Of a DNA stretch of 32,000 nucleotides, positions 1 to 9,040 are shown piece by piece (position 1 is the stretch's first letter; the number at the start of each line of letters is the position of its first letter). The position numbers and the translations under genes were made by a program. Source of the DNA: Methanothermobacter thermautotrophicus str. Delta H. Lineage in GTDB: Archaea; Methanobacteriota; Methanobacteria; Methanobacteriales; Methanothermobacteraceae. The DNA lies in contig NC_000916.1 of NCBI RefSeq assembly GCF_000008645.1, positions 570,001 to 602,000 of the forward strand. Reading direction: 5' to 3'. The notes under the pieces were generated by a model. It was given only the letters and a program-made list of their open reading frames with translations, had not been told where the DNA came from and made no database searches.

Positions 1-643
1 TGGCCTCAAGCTCACTCTCCTGGACAAGATTGCTTCTGGGCACAGCTCCAATCAGCCTTGAACCTATCCTTGAAGCAAATTCAGATACGATTTCCACCTC
101 ATCCCTGATGCCCCTGCAGTTACATATGACACCTCCAAGTTTACCCTTGAGCTTCCTTATGCCCCGTGCAATGTTGTTGGCTGCGTAAAGGGACATGTAC
201 TCACCGGATGTAACTATGTAGACCTCATCTGCAAAGTCCTCCCTCAGGGGAACTGCGAAGCCTCCGCAGACAACGTCACCAAGGACATCATAGATAACGA
301 CATCAATGTCCTCCCTGAATACTCCAAGCCTTTCCAGGAGGTTCATTGCAACTATGACGCCCCTCCCGGCACACCCCACACCTGGTTCAGGGCCCCCTGA
401 TTCAACGCACCTTACACCCCCAAATCCTGTGTGTATTACCTCAGAAACATCGGGTTCTCTGTTCTCCTTCAGCACATCCAGAACCGTGGGGAGCCTCTCA
501 CCATAGAGTGTCCTTGTGGTATCTGCCTTGGGGTCACAGCCTATCACAAGGACCCTGTGCTCCGATGAATAAGCCGCTGCCATGTTTGAGACGATGGTGG
601 ATTTACCTATACCTCCCTTACCATAGATGGCTATCCTCTTCAT
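1..643 (-). CDS. cfbC: NifH/BchL-family [4Fe-4S] ATPase, N-terminal 214 codons only (gene runs off the window start). Probably the methanogen NifH-like CfbC/NflH (F430 biosynthesis) rather than a true nitrogenase reductase.
   Basis: Hand translation of the minus strand from ATG (643-641): [48 protein letters not shown]...[20 protein letters not shown]...[15 protein letters not shown]...ICNCRG. It shows the P-loop GKGGIGKS and both NifH cluster-ligand Cys contexts. It is absent from the ORF track because there is no stop inside the window. No nifDK follows. The CfbC assignment is inference; the family assignment is strong. Confidence 0.8.
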   Translation of the reverse strand, partial: MKRIAIYGKGGIGKSTIVSNMAAAYSSEHRVLVIGCDPKADTTRTLYGERLPTVLDVLKENREPDVSEVIHTGFGGVRCVESGGPEPGVGCAGRGVIVAMNLLERLGVFREDIDVVIYDVLGDVVCGGFAVPLREDFADEVYIVTSGEYMSLYAANNIARGIRKLKGKLGGVICNCRGIRDEVEIVSEFASRIGSRLIGAVPRSNLVQESELEA

Positions 644-661
644 TGAGACACCACTGAGCGA

Positions 662-1165
662 TCACTTAACAAAGGCCCCTATTATATCTCCCCTCGTTAT
701 TATTCCGGCCAGCCTTCCATTCTCATCAATCACTGGCAGTCTCTTGATGTCATGCCTTTCCATGAGCTCAGCTGCATCTGAGACCGAGGCGTGTGGGGGC
801 ACGGTTACAACCTTAGGGGTCATTATCTCCTCCACGCGCATGACCGCAGCCTTCCTTATACCCCTCGCTATCTCATCATATTCGTGTTTCATGCGGAGGG
901 GGAGTTCAAGGAGGTCCAGTGGTGAGGGCATGATGAGGTTAAGGCTGGGGGAGTGGACCTCTATGAGCCTCATTATATCTCCCTCACTGATGATACCCAC
1001 AAGTTTCCCGTCCTCGTCCACAACCGGGGCACCGCTTATCCTGTTCTCCCTGAGTACCCTTGCCGCATCATGGATACTGCTGGTTCTCTTAACGGTTATA
1101 ACATCGCTCTGCATAGCATCCTTTACCCTTATCATCTCTTCACCCATCTTTAATATGTGGACCAT
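662..1165 (-). CDS. CBS-domain pair protein (two tandem CBS motifs)
   Basis: ORF 662..1363. The N-terminal 66 codons of the track ORF overlap the upstream U32 gene and look non-coding, so I start at ATG 1165 (MVHILKMGEEMIRVKD...). Two CBS repeats are visible: ...ISGAPVVDEDGKLVGIISEGDIMRLI and ...IKRLPVIDENGRLAGIITRGDIIGAF. The start is uncertain (alternative ATG 1147). Confidence 0.75.
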   Translation of the reverse strand: MVHILKMGEEMIRVKDAMQSDVITVKRTSSIHDAARVLRENRISGAPVVDEDGKLVGIISEGDIMRLIEVHSPSLNLIMPSPLDLLELPLRMKHEYDEIARGIRKAAVMRVEEIMTPKVVTVPPHASVSDAAELMERHDIKRLPVIDENGRLAGIITRGDIIGAFVK

Positions 1166-1280
1166 CACTTTTAAAAATAACAGTCCCCCTCCACATACTG
1201 ACCTGGAAAGATGATGTTTAGGAGGCCAGAAAAAAGGAACAACTGGAACATTGAAGGTGGGTTTTTCAGAAACCGGGTTC

Positions 1281-2477
1281 TCAGGAATCAGGCCTCTTAA
1301 CTCTCCTGTAGACAAGATCCCCTGGCCGGACCCTGTCCTCAACAAGGAGGCCAACCTCCCCACCTTCAGCCACCTCTACCGATTCCCCCTCTATCTGGAG
1401 GGACTTAACACGCTGTATGAGGGCCCCGGTGGTTTTTCCCTGGATTATAACCTCATCACCCACCCTGAGGGGTCTCCATAGTCGTAGTCTTGCTGCACCG
1501 ACCTTCCTGTAGTAATTAACTACCTCTCCAATGTCCTCCTTGATGTATTCGGATATGTTTCCGCTGCTACCGTTCTCAGGTTCGCTGAAATAGAATCCCG
1601 TGCTGAAGCCCCTGTTGAAGACCTTTCTAAGTTCACTGAGCCAGCGCTCCTCAAATCTCCACTCACCACTGAGGTACCTGTCCAGGGCCTCCCTGTAGAC
1701 ACCTGTCACCGTTGCAACGTAATCAGCAGGGCGCCCTCGACCCTCAATTTTAAGTGCATGGACACCTGCATCAACAAGTTCAGGTATGTGCTCGATCATG
1801 CAGAGATCCGCGGGACTCAGGAGGTAGCTCCTTACAGCCTCTGAAGCTGACACCTCAAGGTCGAATTCACCGTCCTCGGATACCAGTCTCCAGCTCTTCC
1901 TGCAGGGCTGCAGGCAGTCACCACAGTTTGCACTTCTGCCATAGAGGTAGGAACTCAGGTAGCACCTCCCTGAGATGGCGGTGCAGAGGGCTCCGTGAAC
2001 AAAGACCTCAACCTCAACCGGTGAAGCCGACGCAATCCCTGCGATTTCTCTGAGGGACAGTTCCCTTGAGAGTATAGCCCTTGAGACCCCCATGTCCCTG
2101 AGTATGGTGAGTGTACGGGTGTTTGTAATGTTTGCCTGTACACTTACATGGACATCCAGCCCGCATTCAGCTGCAAGGTCCACCGCTGCAAGGTCAGAGG
2201 CTATGACAGCATCAACACCTGCGGAGTGGAGTTCTGGAAAGATATTCTTGAGCCTCTCAACATCATCATCCCTGAGGGCCGTGTTGGTGCAGACATATAG
2301 TCTTGAGCCGTGGTCGTGGGCCCTCTCCACCGCCTCTGCAACCTCACTTACCCTAAAGTTATCTGCCCGGGCCCTCATGTTGCAGCCCTCGAGTCCAATG
2401 TAGACTGCATCCGCCCCTGACCTGAGGGCTGCCATGAGGGAAGAAAAGTCTCCGGCCGGTGATAGGAGTTCAGGCAT
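1281..2477 (-). CDS. U32-family protein (historically 'peptidase/collagenase U32'), Fe-S cysteine-motif type
   Basis: ORF 1281..2516. The sequence EVFVHGALCTAISGRCYLS fits the U32 signature E-x-F-x2-G-[SA]-[LIVM]-C-x4-G-x-C-x-[LIVM]-S, and further Cys follow (CGDCLQPC). I prefer ATG 2477 (MPELLSPAGD...) because the track's TTG start lies inside a TATA-like element. Confidence 0.85.
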   Translation of the reverse strand: MPELLSPAGDFSSLMAALRSGADAVYIGLEGCNMRARADNFRVSEVAEAVERAHDHGSRLYVCTNTALRDDDVERLKNIFPELHSAGVDAVIASDLAAVDLAAECGLDVHVSVQANITNTRTLTILRDMGVSRAILSRELSLREIAGIASASPVEVEVFVHGALCTAISGRCYLSSYLYGRSANCGDCLQPCRKSWRLVSEDGEFDLEVSASEAVRSYLLSPADLCMIEHIPELVDAGVHALKIEGRGRPADYVATVTGVYREALDRYLSGEWRFEERWLSELRKVFNRGFSTGFYFSEPENGSSGNISEYIKEDIGEVVNYYRKVGAARLRLWRPLRVGDEVIIQGKTTGALIQRVKSLQIEGESVEVAEGGEVGLLVEDRVRPGDLVYRRVKRPDS

Positions 2478-2502
2478 CTCAATCACTGAAAAACAATCCT
2501 TA

Positions 2503-2510
2503 ATTTTATA
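2503..2510 (-). promoter_or_regulatory. TATA-box-like element (TATAAAAT on the minus strand) about 26 nt upstream of the U32 ATG
   Basis: The minus strand reads TTGTTGTATAAAATTAAGGATTGTTTTTCAGTGATTGAGATG. The spacing suggests a leaderless or very short-leader mRNA. Confidence 0.4.
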
Positions 2511-2540
2511 CAACAATGAAAATCAGCAGTCAGGGTCCCA

Positions 2541-3965
2541 TCATCTGGAGCAGGACCTCATGGCCTCATATTCACTTATGTCAGATGGTAGGGGTGTGGG
2601 GTAGTCCCCGTCAAGGCATCCCGTGCACAGGAATCCCTTCTTTATACCTATGCACTCCACCAGGGACTCGATGCTGAGGTAGCCCAGGGAATCAACACCT
2701 ATTATCCTCCTTATCTCCTCAACGTTCCTGGTGGATGCTATGAGCTCCTTCTTCGTTGCCATTGCTATGCCATAGTAGCACGGGGACTTTATGGGTGGGC
2801 AGCCTATCCTCAGATGTATCTCCTCTGCCCCGGCATCCCTTATGATGTCAATGAGTGCCCTTGAGGTTGTCCCCCTCACTATACTGTCATCGATGAGTAC
2901 TATGCGTTTACCCTCAAGTTCGGACCTTATGGGGTTCATCTTGAGTTTAACCGCTGTTTCACGTTCCTCCTGGGTCGGCATTATAAATGTACGACCCACG
3001 TACCTGTTCTTTATCAGGCCCTCACCGTAGGGTATCCCTGAGGCCCTTGAGTATCCTATGGCCGCCGGGATGGATGAGTCAGGTACGGGTACAACCACGT
3101 CTGCGTTGGCCGGGTGCTCCCTGTAGAGGGCCTCCCCAATATTGAGGCGGACCCTGTATACGTTGCGCCCGTCGATTACACTGTCCGGCCTTGCGAAGTA
3201 GACGTACTCAAACATGCAGTGGGCCCTCCTGGTGTTGGGGGCGTTTGCAACCCAGTAGGATTTGCCCCGGTTCAGGTGGAGTATCTCACCGGGCTGGACG
3301 TCCCTTACATGCTCGGCACCTATGACATCAAAGGCCACGGTCTCCGAGGCCACGATCTGGGTGCTGCCCTTCCTTGCAAAGGCCAGTGGTTTTATACCCA
3401 CAGGGTCCCTGACGACATAGAGGTCCTGGTTCAGAAGCACCACCAGGGAATATGATCCCACCAGCTGCTCTGAAACCCTCTTTATGGAGTATATCATGTT
3501 CGGTTTCTCATCGTATTCCCTGCTGAGGAGGTGGCAGATGACCTCTGAGTCCGTCGTTGAGACAAAGTTGTGACCCTCCTCCTCGAGTTCCTCCCGGAGT
3601 TCCATGGAGTTTATGATGTCTCCATTGTGGGCTATTGCAATTTTACCTCCCTGAAATTCGCTCCAGAATGGCTGAGAATTCTCAATCCTTGATTCGCCTG
3701 TGGTTGAGTAGCGCACGTGTCCTATCCCGACGTTCCCCTTAAGTTCCTCTAGCTTCTCAGGATTGAAGACGTCGCAGACCAGCCCCATTCCCCTGTGTGT
3801 CAGTATATCGTTCCCATTGAATGTTGAGATCCCTGCAGACTCCTGTCCCCTGTGCTGCAGTGCGTAGAGCGCATAATATATCTGGGAGGCCACACCGGTT
3901 TTCTTATCCTGTGAGTAAATCCCTACAATACCGCATTTATCTCTCACTTCAGATTCTCCCAACAA
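2541..3965 (-). CDS. purF: Amidophosphoribosyltransferase (glutamine-PRPP amidotransferase)
   Basis: 474-aa ORF. It has a short propeptide then the Ntn nucleophile CGIVGIY, the PRPP-binding loop [12 protein letters not shown], and C-terminal Cys residues typical of the Fe-S type PurF. The start is TTG 3965, or GVG-type GTG six codons in. Confidence 0.95.
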   Translation of the reverse strand: MLGESEVRDKCGIVGIYSQDKKTGVASQIYYALYALQHRGQESAGISTFNGNDILTHRGMGLVCDVFNPEKLEELKGNVGIGHVRYSTTGESRIENSQPFWSEFQGGKIAIAHNGDIINSMELREELEEEGHNFVSTTDSEVICHLLSREYDEKPNMIYSIKRVSEQLVGSYSLVVLLNQDLYVVRDPVGIKPLAFARKGSTQIVASETVAFDVIGAEHVRDVQPGEILHLNRGKSYWVANAPNTRRAHCMFEYVYFARPDSVIDGRNVYRVRLNIGEALYREHPANADVVVPVPDSSIPAAIGYSRASGIPYGEGLIKNRYVGRTFIMPTQEERETAVKLKMNPIRSELEGKRIVLIDDSIVRGTTSRALIDIIRDAGAEEIHLRIGCPPIKSPCYYGIAMATKKELIASTRNVEEIRRIIGVDSLGYLSIESLVECIGIKKGFLCTGCLDGDYPTPLPSDISEYEAMRSCSR

Positions 3966-3980
3966 GAAGGTTTATCCACG

Positions 3981-4823
3981 TTAGGACGATTCTTCATCTT
4001 TTTCAGTGAATACCAGGGCCGATTTTATTATCCGGAGCCACTCCACCGCATCTTCCCGTGAAGGCGCCGCTATTGAGCCCTGTCCAAGGATTATACCCTC
4101 GGGTTTAATGTGATCGGTTACAAAATAAATCCTCTCAAGGTCATCGGGTTCCTCTCCAAAGGTTTCCCTCCAGAGGTCCGTGATTGAGAAGGTCTCAAGA
4201 AGTTCCTTATCTTCAAGTTCAGAAAAACGAGTTTCGAGTTTGGAGTACTCTCCCTCCAGGAGGCGGAATTTCTCCTCAAGCTGACTCAGCTCCCCCCTGA
4301 GGGATTCTATCCTTTCATTACCTGCCTCAACTTCACCCTGCAGCCGGGTATTCTCATCCCTCAGTGCAGTGTTTTCGGCAACTGTCTCATCCAGCTTCTC
4401 CCGGCACTCTTCAAGCCTCTCCTTCATGTCACTGAGGCTCCTTATGCCTGTGAGTGTCTGGAGTCCGGCCCTTATGATGGCGTTTTCTATTTCCTCCCTT
4501 ATGAGGTCCGGGTCAAGGTATTCCACGTCATGACCATAGGGGAGTTTCATCCGTTCAATGTGCCCAACATGGCCCCTGAGTGCTTCCCTGAACTTATCTG
4601 CAAGTTCCCTGCCTGTCTGGTCAACATCCGTTGCTATCAGGACAATGTCAGCACCCTCAACGGCCCTGAGGGCGATCTCAAGGCTTGTTGTTGGGACTAT
4701 GGATGATATGGTTATGTGGTATTTGGCGCCGAGGGACACCCTCTGAAGCGCCCTCGAGACGCTTTCAACATCAGAGGCTCCCTCAACAATTATCCGCACA
4801 TCAACAGGGCCTTTATTATCCAT
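3981..4823 (-). CDS. Toprim-domain protein with a central coiled coil and an unassigned C-terminal domain
   Basis: 280-aa ORF. The N-terminus VRIIVEGASDVE...IVLIATDVDQTGRELADKF gives the Toprim catalytic Glu and DxD. Residues about 128-208 are heptad-rich and charged (LEECREKLDETVAENTALRDENTRLQGEVEAGNERIESLRGELSQLEEKFRLLEGEYSKLETRFSELE). Its ATG (4823) directly abuts the rpl37e stop (4824-4826). Confidence 0.8.
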   Translation of the reverse strand: MDNKGPVDVRIIVEGASDVESVSRALQRVSLGAKYHITISSIVPTTSLEIALRAVEGADIVLIATDVDQTGRELADKFREALRGHVGHIERMKLPYGHDVEYLDPDLIREEIENAIIRAGLQTLTGIRSLSDMKERLEECREKLDETVAENTALRDENTRLQGEVEAGNERIESLRGELSQLEEKFRLLEGEYSKLETRFSELEDKELLETFSITDLWRETFGEEPDDLERIYFVTDHIKPEGIILGQGSIAAPSREDAVEWLRIIKSALVFTEKDEESS

Positions 4824-5006
4824 TTATTTCAACCTTTGGCCTGTAATTTTTTTGTTCTGCCAGCTGTAGCGCCTTATTCTGCGGGATCTGCCGAAACCGC
4901 ATGCAGCGCAGACCTTTTTACGTACATGATACGAGTTTTTACCGCATCTCCTGCATCTTATATGGAGATTCTTGTTACGCTTACCAAATGATGGAGTACC
5001 TTTCAT
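4824..5006 (-). CDS. rpl37e: 50S ribosomal protein L37e
   Basis: 60-aa basic protein [39 protein letters not shown] with a C4 zinc ribbon. A strong SD (AAGGAGGAT) lies upstream. Confidence 0.95.
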   Translation of the reverse strand: MKGTPSFGKRNKNLHIRCRRCGKNSYHVRKKVCAACGFGRSRRIRRYSWQNKKITGQRLK

Positions 5007-5071
5007 GTTCTAATCCTCCTTAAAATCAGTTAATCTGTAAAGTTGATCCACCCTTCCCCTTACAATTAAAT

Positions 5072-5317
<246 letters not shown>

Positions 5318-5618
5318 CTATCCTAGATTAAAATTTAGCCGGATTATATTTAAATCTAACTAACGAGCTGAAAATCTTCCAATCAGATACTTCATTTTTC
5401 TATTCTACTAATATATAAGTTTTCTTGCACTGCAGTACCTCTTCAAATCCATTCCAGGGTCCGCCCTGGGATCCCCCCATCCATGAGAGATGCATGTGGT
5501 GCACGTAAAGTAGTTTAGAAATGAGCTATAGATATACTTGCAGAAGAGTTTAAATGAGTCAATGATGGTAAAGCAGATTAAGGAACAGACTGCAGACCAT
5601 TCATAAAATGAACAGGGT

Positions 5619-6101
5619 GTGACTGTGAAGATCAGGAAGAGGTACCATATAAAGAAGAAGAAGCTCAGGGAGATACGGGGGCAGATTGGAGACTACTCCT
5701 CCCTGATACCTGAAAAGGCCACGGTTGAAATCATTGAGACTGATGATAACAACATCATACTGGTTAATGGGGAGCCACTCCTCATGTTCATTGACGACAG
5801 GGTTGTCCCGACCCTGAGGGGCGCCCTGAAGATGGAAATAGATAGGGGATATGTGGTCGTTGACATGGGGGCCGTCAGGTTCCTTGCAAACGGGGCCGAT
5901 GTCATGAGCCCCGGTATAGTTGACGCCGACCCTGAGATATCTGAGAACGACACCGTCGTTGTGGTGGATGAGAGAAACCGCAGACCCCTTGCAGTGGGTA
6001 TAAGCCTCATAAGTGGACCTGAAATGGTTGAAAGAGATTCAGGAAAGGCTGTTAAGACCATCCACCACATCGGAGATGCCATCTGGGAACTGGAGGTCTA
6101 G
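5619..6101 (+). CDS. PUA-domain RNA-binding protein (MCT-1/Tma20-like archaeal family)
   Basis: 160-aa ORF. The C-terminal PUA-like block is [48 protein letters not shown] start at 5619 (alternative GTG 5625). Its stop overlaps the next gene's GTG start. Confidence 0.85.
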   Translation: MTVKIRKRYHIKKKKLREIRGQIGDYSSLIPEKATVEIIETDDNNIILVNGEPLLMFIDDRVVPTLRGALKMEIDRGYVVVDMGAVRFLANGADVMSPGIVDADPEISENDTVVVVDERNRRPLAVGISLISGPEMVERDSGKAVKTIHHIGDAIWELEV

Positions 6102-6805
6102 TGTTGGTTGAGCTGAACCTCGACGCCGGGAACATAATCTCAGAGGATGTCCACAGGATCGGGATACTGGCAGTGGGGTCACACCTCGAGAACCATGGCC
6201 CGGCACTCCCCATCGACACCGATGCAAAGATAGCATCCTACGTGGCCCTTGAGGCAGCCCTGAGGACCGGGGCCAGGTTCCTGGGGGTGCTCTATGCCGC
6301 CTCAGAGTTTCCCTACGTTAAACACGGCATACACATGGACAGGGATGAACTTGTTGAGAGGGAACTGAAACCTGTCCTGAGGAAGGCCAGAAGGCTTCTA
6401 AACCTTGAGGCCGCTGTAATTGTAAACGGTCACGGAGGGAACAAACTGGAGGACTGTATGGACGACCTCGAAGAGGAACTGGGCCTTGAAATCGCCTGGA
6501 ACAACCGGATAGTTGAGATTGAGGGACCGCACGCAGGTAGCGGTGAACTATCCGCAGGTCTCATACTCGGTATCGCGGATCTGAGGCGCCTTGATGAATG
6601 CATACCTGAACTCTACCCTGAAATTGGAATGATAGGTCTGAAGGAGGCCCGTGAAGCCAACAGAGAAATAGATAAGGCTGCAAGGATATGTGAAAGGGAT
6701 GGTGTGAACCCCGACCCTGTTCTGGGCCAGAGAATACTTGATGATGCCGTTGAAAGTGTTATATCAGATGTGAAAGAGCTCCTGAAGATTATACAGGAAT
6801 TTTAG
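6101..6805 (+). CDS. arfB: Creatininase-superfamily amidohydrolase, likely ArfB (2-amino-5-formylamino-6-ribosylaminopyrimidin-4(3H)-one 5'-phosphate deformylase, archaeal riboflavin/F420 branch)
   Basis: 234 aa. The motif VGSHLENHGPALPIDTD matches the creatininase-family E-x-H-G-x-x-L-P-x-x-T-D metal site, and the size is typical of archaeal ArfB. The family call is firm (about 0.85); the specific ArfB call is from memory (about 0.55). Confidence 0.75.
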   Translation: MLVELNLDAGNIISEDVHRIGILAVGSHLENHGPALPIDTDAKIASYVALEAALRTGARFLGVLYAASEFPYVKHGIHMDRDELVERELKPVLRKARRLLNLEAAVIVNGHGGNKLEDCMDDLEEELGLEIAWNNRIVEIEGPHAGSGELSAGLILGIADLRRLDECIPELYPEIGMIGLKEAREANREIDKAARICERDGVNPDPVLGQRILDDAVESVISDVKELLKIIQEF

Positions 6806-6812
6806 CATAAAG

Positions 6813-8924
6813 ATGATCAGTTTAAGCACAACAGCCCTGAAGGTGCTTGAGGAGAGATACCTTCTCAGGGGTGAGGGTGGTGAGGTTGTAGAGACACCAG
6901 AGGAGATGTTCAGGAGGGTTGCGCGGGCCGTTGCATCTGCAGATGAGGCCTACGGTGATGACCCTGCAGTTGCGGAGGAGGCCTTCTACTCGGTTATGGG
7001 TAACCTTGAGTTCCTCCCAAATTCCCCGACCCTCATGAATGCAGGCACGCCCATCAACCAGCTCTCCGCCTGTTTTGTACTCCCTGTTGAGGACTCAATT
7101 GATAGTATATTCAGCTCCCTGAGGGATATGGCCATCATCCACAAATCCGGTGGGGGTGTTGGCTTCTCATTTTCAAGGTTAAGACCCAGAGGGGACATCG
7201 TCGCGTCCACAATGGGTGTTGCCTCGGGGCCGGTGTCCTTCATGAGGATATTCGATGTTGCGGTTGACGTTATAAAGCAGGGCGGGCGAAGAAGGGGCGC
7301 CAATATGGGTGTCCTCCATGTGAGCCACCCCGACATATTCAGCTTCATAGACGCCAAGTCAAGGGAGGGTCCCCTGCGGAACTTCAACCTCTCAGTCGCC
7401 GTACCTGATGAGTTCATGGATGACCGCCCGGTGGATCTGATAAACCCCAGGAACGGTGAGGTGGTTGACTCGGTAGAATCCAGGGTGATACTTAAGAGGA
7501 TCGTGGAGGCAGCCTGGAGGTCTGGAGATCCCGGGATCCTCTTTGAGGACCGTATAAACCGCTACAACCCCACTCCACAACTCGGGAGGATAGAGGCAAC
7601 CAACCCCTGTGTATCCGGTGACACCATTGTAATGACATCCGGGGGTCCGCGGACAGTGGCTGAACTGGAGGGCAAGCCCTTCACCGCACTTATCAGGGGC
7701 TCAGGGTACCCCTGCCCCTCAGGTTTCTTCAGGACCTGTGAACGGGACGTATATGATCTTAGAACCAGGGAGGGTCATTGCTTAAGGTTGACCCATGATC
7801 ACAGGGTCCTTGTAATGGATGGTGGTCTGGAATGGCGTGCCGCCGGTGAACTTGAAAGGGGAGACCGCCTTGTGATGGATGATGCTGCAGGGGAGTTTCC
7901 GGCACTTGCAACCTTCAGAGGCCTCAGGGGCGCCGGCCGCCAGGATGTCTATGACGCCACTGTCTACGGTGCCAGTGCATTCACAGCCAATGGATTCATA
8001 GTCCACAACTGTGGGGAGCAGCCACTCCTCACCCATGAATCATGCAATCTGGGGTCAGTTAATCTCAGCCTCATGGTAGGCCCCTCCGGTATTAACTGGG
8101 AGAAGCTCCGGAGGACCATCCATGTGGCAGTGCACTTCCTTGACAATGTGATAGACGTTAACAGCTACCCCCTCCGTCCCGTGGAGGAGATGACACTGAG
8201 AACCCGTAAGATAGGGCTGGGTGTCATGGGCTTTGCTGATATGCTGATAAAACTTGGAATACCCTACAATTCAGTGGCTGCCCTTGAGGTGGCCGGAAGG
8301 GTAATGTCATTCATATCATCTGAGGCCAGGAGGGCCTCCATGGAACTTGCCAGAGAGAGGGGATCATTCCCTGAATTTAAGGGCAGCATATGGGATATCC
8401 AGGGATTTGAGTGCATGAGGAACGCCACATTAACCACCATAGCCCCAACTGGTTCCCTGAGTATAATAGCAGGCACCAGCAGTGGAATTGAGCCCCTATT
8501 TGCCGTGTCCTTCACAAGGAACATCCTGGGAAGGAGCTTCCATGAGCTGCACCCCCTCTTTAAGACGATGGCGGGAAGACTTGATAAGAGATCCCTTGAG
8601 GCCATAGAATCCCGGGGGAGTCTGAGGGGTGTCCCCGGGGTGCCTGCGAGGATAAGGAGGCTCTTTGTGACTGCACATGAAATAGACCCTGTATTCCATG
8701 TTAAAATGCAGGCCGCCTTCCAGCGGTACGTGGACAATGCTGTATCAAAAACAGTGAATCTGCCAGCTGATTCATCACCTGCTGACGTTGAAAGGGTGTT
8801 CAGGGCCGCCCATGAGCTTGGCTGCAAAGGTGTTACTGTTTACAGGTATGGCAGTAAGGTGGATGAGGTCCTGAGGTTCCCTGAATATGCGGGTTCATGC
8901 CGTGATATGACCTGTCCTAATTAA
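6813..8924 (+). CDS. nrdJ: Class II (adenosylcobalamin-dependent) ribonucleotide reductase, interrupted by a mini-intein
   Basis: 703-aa ORF. Class II RNR blocks are present (LPNSPTLMNAGT, SACFVLP, GGGVGFSFSRLRP, GGRRRGANM). The catalytic N-P-C-G-E-Q-P-L motif is split as ...EATNP | intein | CGEQPLL. Confidence 0.95.
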   Translation: MISLSTTALKVLEERYLLRGEGGEVVETPEEMFRRVARAVASADEAYGDDPAVAEEAFYSVMGNLEFLPNSPTLMNAGTPINQLSACFVLPVEDSIDSIFSSLRDMAIIHKSGGGVGFSFSRLRPRGDIVASTMGVASGPVSFMRIFDVAVDVIKQGGRRRGANMGVLHVSHPDIFSFIDAKSREGPLRNFNLSVAVPDEFMDDRPVDLINPRNGEVVDSVESRVILKRIVEAAWRSGDPGILFEDRINRYNPTPQLGRIEATNPCVSGDTIVMTSGGPRTVAELEGKPFTALIRGSGYPCPSGFFRTCERDVYDLRTREGHCLRLTHDHRVLVMDGGLEWRAAGELERGDRLVMDDAAGEFPALATFRGLRGAGRQDVYDATVYGASAFTANGFIVHNCGEQPLLTHESCNLGSVNLSLMVGPSGINWEKLRRTIHVAVHFLDNVIDVNSYPLRPVEEMTLRTRKIGLGVMGFADMLIKLGIPYNSVAALEVAGRVMSFISSEARRASMELARERGSFPEFKGSIWDIQGFECMRNATLTTIAPTGSLSIIAGTSSGIEPLFAVSFTRNILGRSFHELHPLFKTMAGRLDKRSLEAIESRGSLRGVPGVPARIRRLFVTAHEIDPVFHVKMQAAFQRYVDNAVSKTVNLPADSSPADVERVFRAAHELGCKGVTVYRYGSKVDEVLRFPEYAGSCRDMTCPN
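7608..8009 (+). mobile_element. 134-aa mini-intein (no homing-endonuclease domain) inside nrdJ
   Basis: It starts with Cys (TGT 7608-7610; CVSGDTIVMTSGG...) and ends ...FIVHN (AAC 8007-8009), followed by +1 Cys (TGT 8010-8012). Block B (TxxH) is seen as LTHDH. The 402-nt length preserves the host frame. I recognise it as the Mth RIR1-type intein. Confidence 0.95.
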
Positions 8925-9003
8925 TAGAAGATTTAAAGCAGGTCCTTCATGATCACCAGTTTTTTCAAGAGCATTTCTAATTAAATTAATAGAAGATTTA
9001 AAG
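8917..9003. repeat. Direct repeat CTAATTAA(..)TAGAAGATTTAAAG, two copies 65 nt apart; the first overlaps the nrdJ stop codon
   Basis: AATAGAAGATTTAAAG occurs at 8923-8938 and again at 8988-9003, and both copies are preceded by CTAATTAA. Confidence 0.8.
8960..8965 (+). terminator. Oligo-T tract (T6) 36 nt after the nrdJ stop, a candidate archaeal intrinsic terminator
   Basis: The sequence reads gatcaccagTTTTTTcaag. Archaeal RNAP terminates at T-runs. Confidence 0.35.
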
Positions 9004-9038
9004 GTGATAAAATGGACACCAGACCTTTAAATCTTCTA
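8990..9038. repeat. Perfect 16-bp inverted repeat (TAGAAGATTTAAAGGT / ACCTTTAAATCTTCTA) with a 17-nt spacer; hairpin-capable
   Basis: The arms are 8990-9005 and 9023-9038, verified base by base. The left arm is the second copy of the direct repeat and contains the SD-like AAGGTGAT of a 20-codon micro-ORF. Confidence 0.85.
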
Positions 9039-9040
9039 AG

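Noticed and set aside
627-1214. 195-aa plus-strand ORF antisense to the CBS gene. Similar long antisense ORFs occur at 15546-16265 (239 aa), 23180-23980 (266 aa) and 26271-27107 (278 aa).
   Set aside because: Each lies fully opposite a gene with clear family motifs (CBS, acyl-CoA synthetase, PdxS, ExbB-like). They have Ser/Pro/Thr/Leu-rich low-information composition, no SD and no recognisable motifs. These are typical shadow ORFs.
662-1363. N-terminal extensions of track ORFs: CBS to 1363, helicase to 15676, amt1 from 18802, glnK2 from 21979, ExbD-like to 26277, U32 to 2516.
   Set aside because: The extensions overlap the preceding gene or a TATA element. They lack family-like sequence, and a well-placed SD plus ATG lies further in. 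I used the internal starts.
5560-5635. Possible C/D-box sRNA (AATGATGG ... CTGC ... ATGAACA ... CTGTGA) upstream of the PUA gene.
   Set aside because: The boxes deviate from RUGAUGA/CUGA at several positions and there is no terminal stem. The 3' part overlaps the PUA start codon. This is not supportable by eye.
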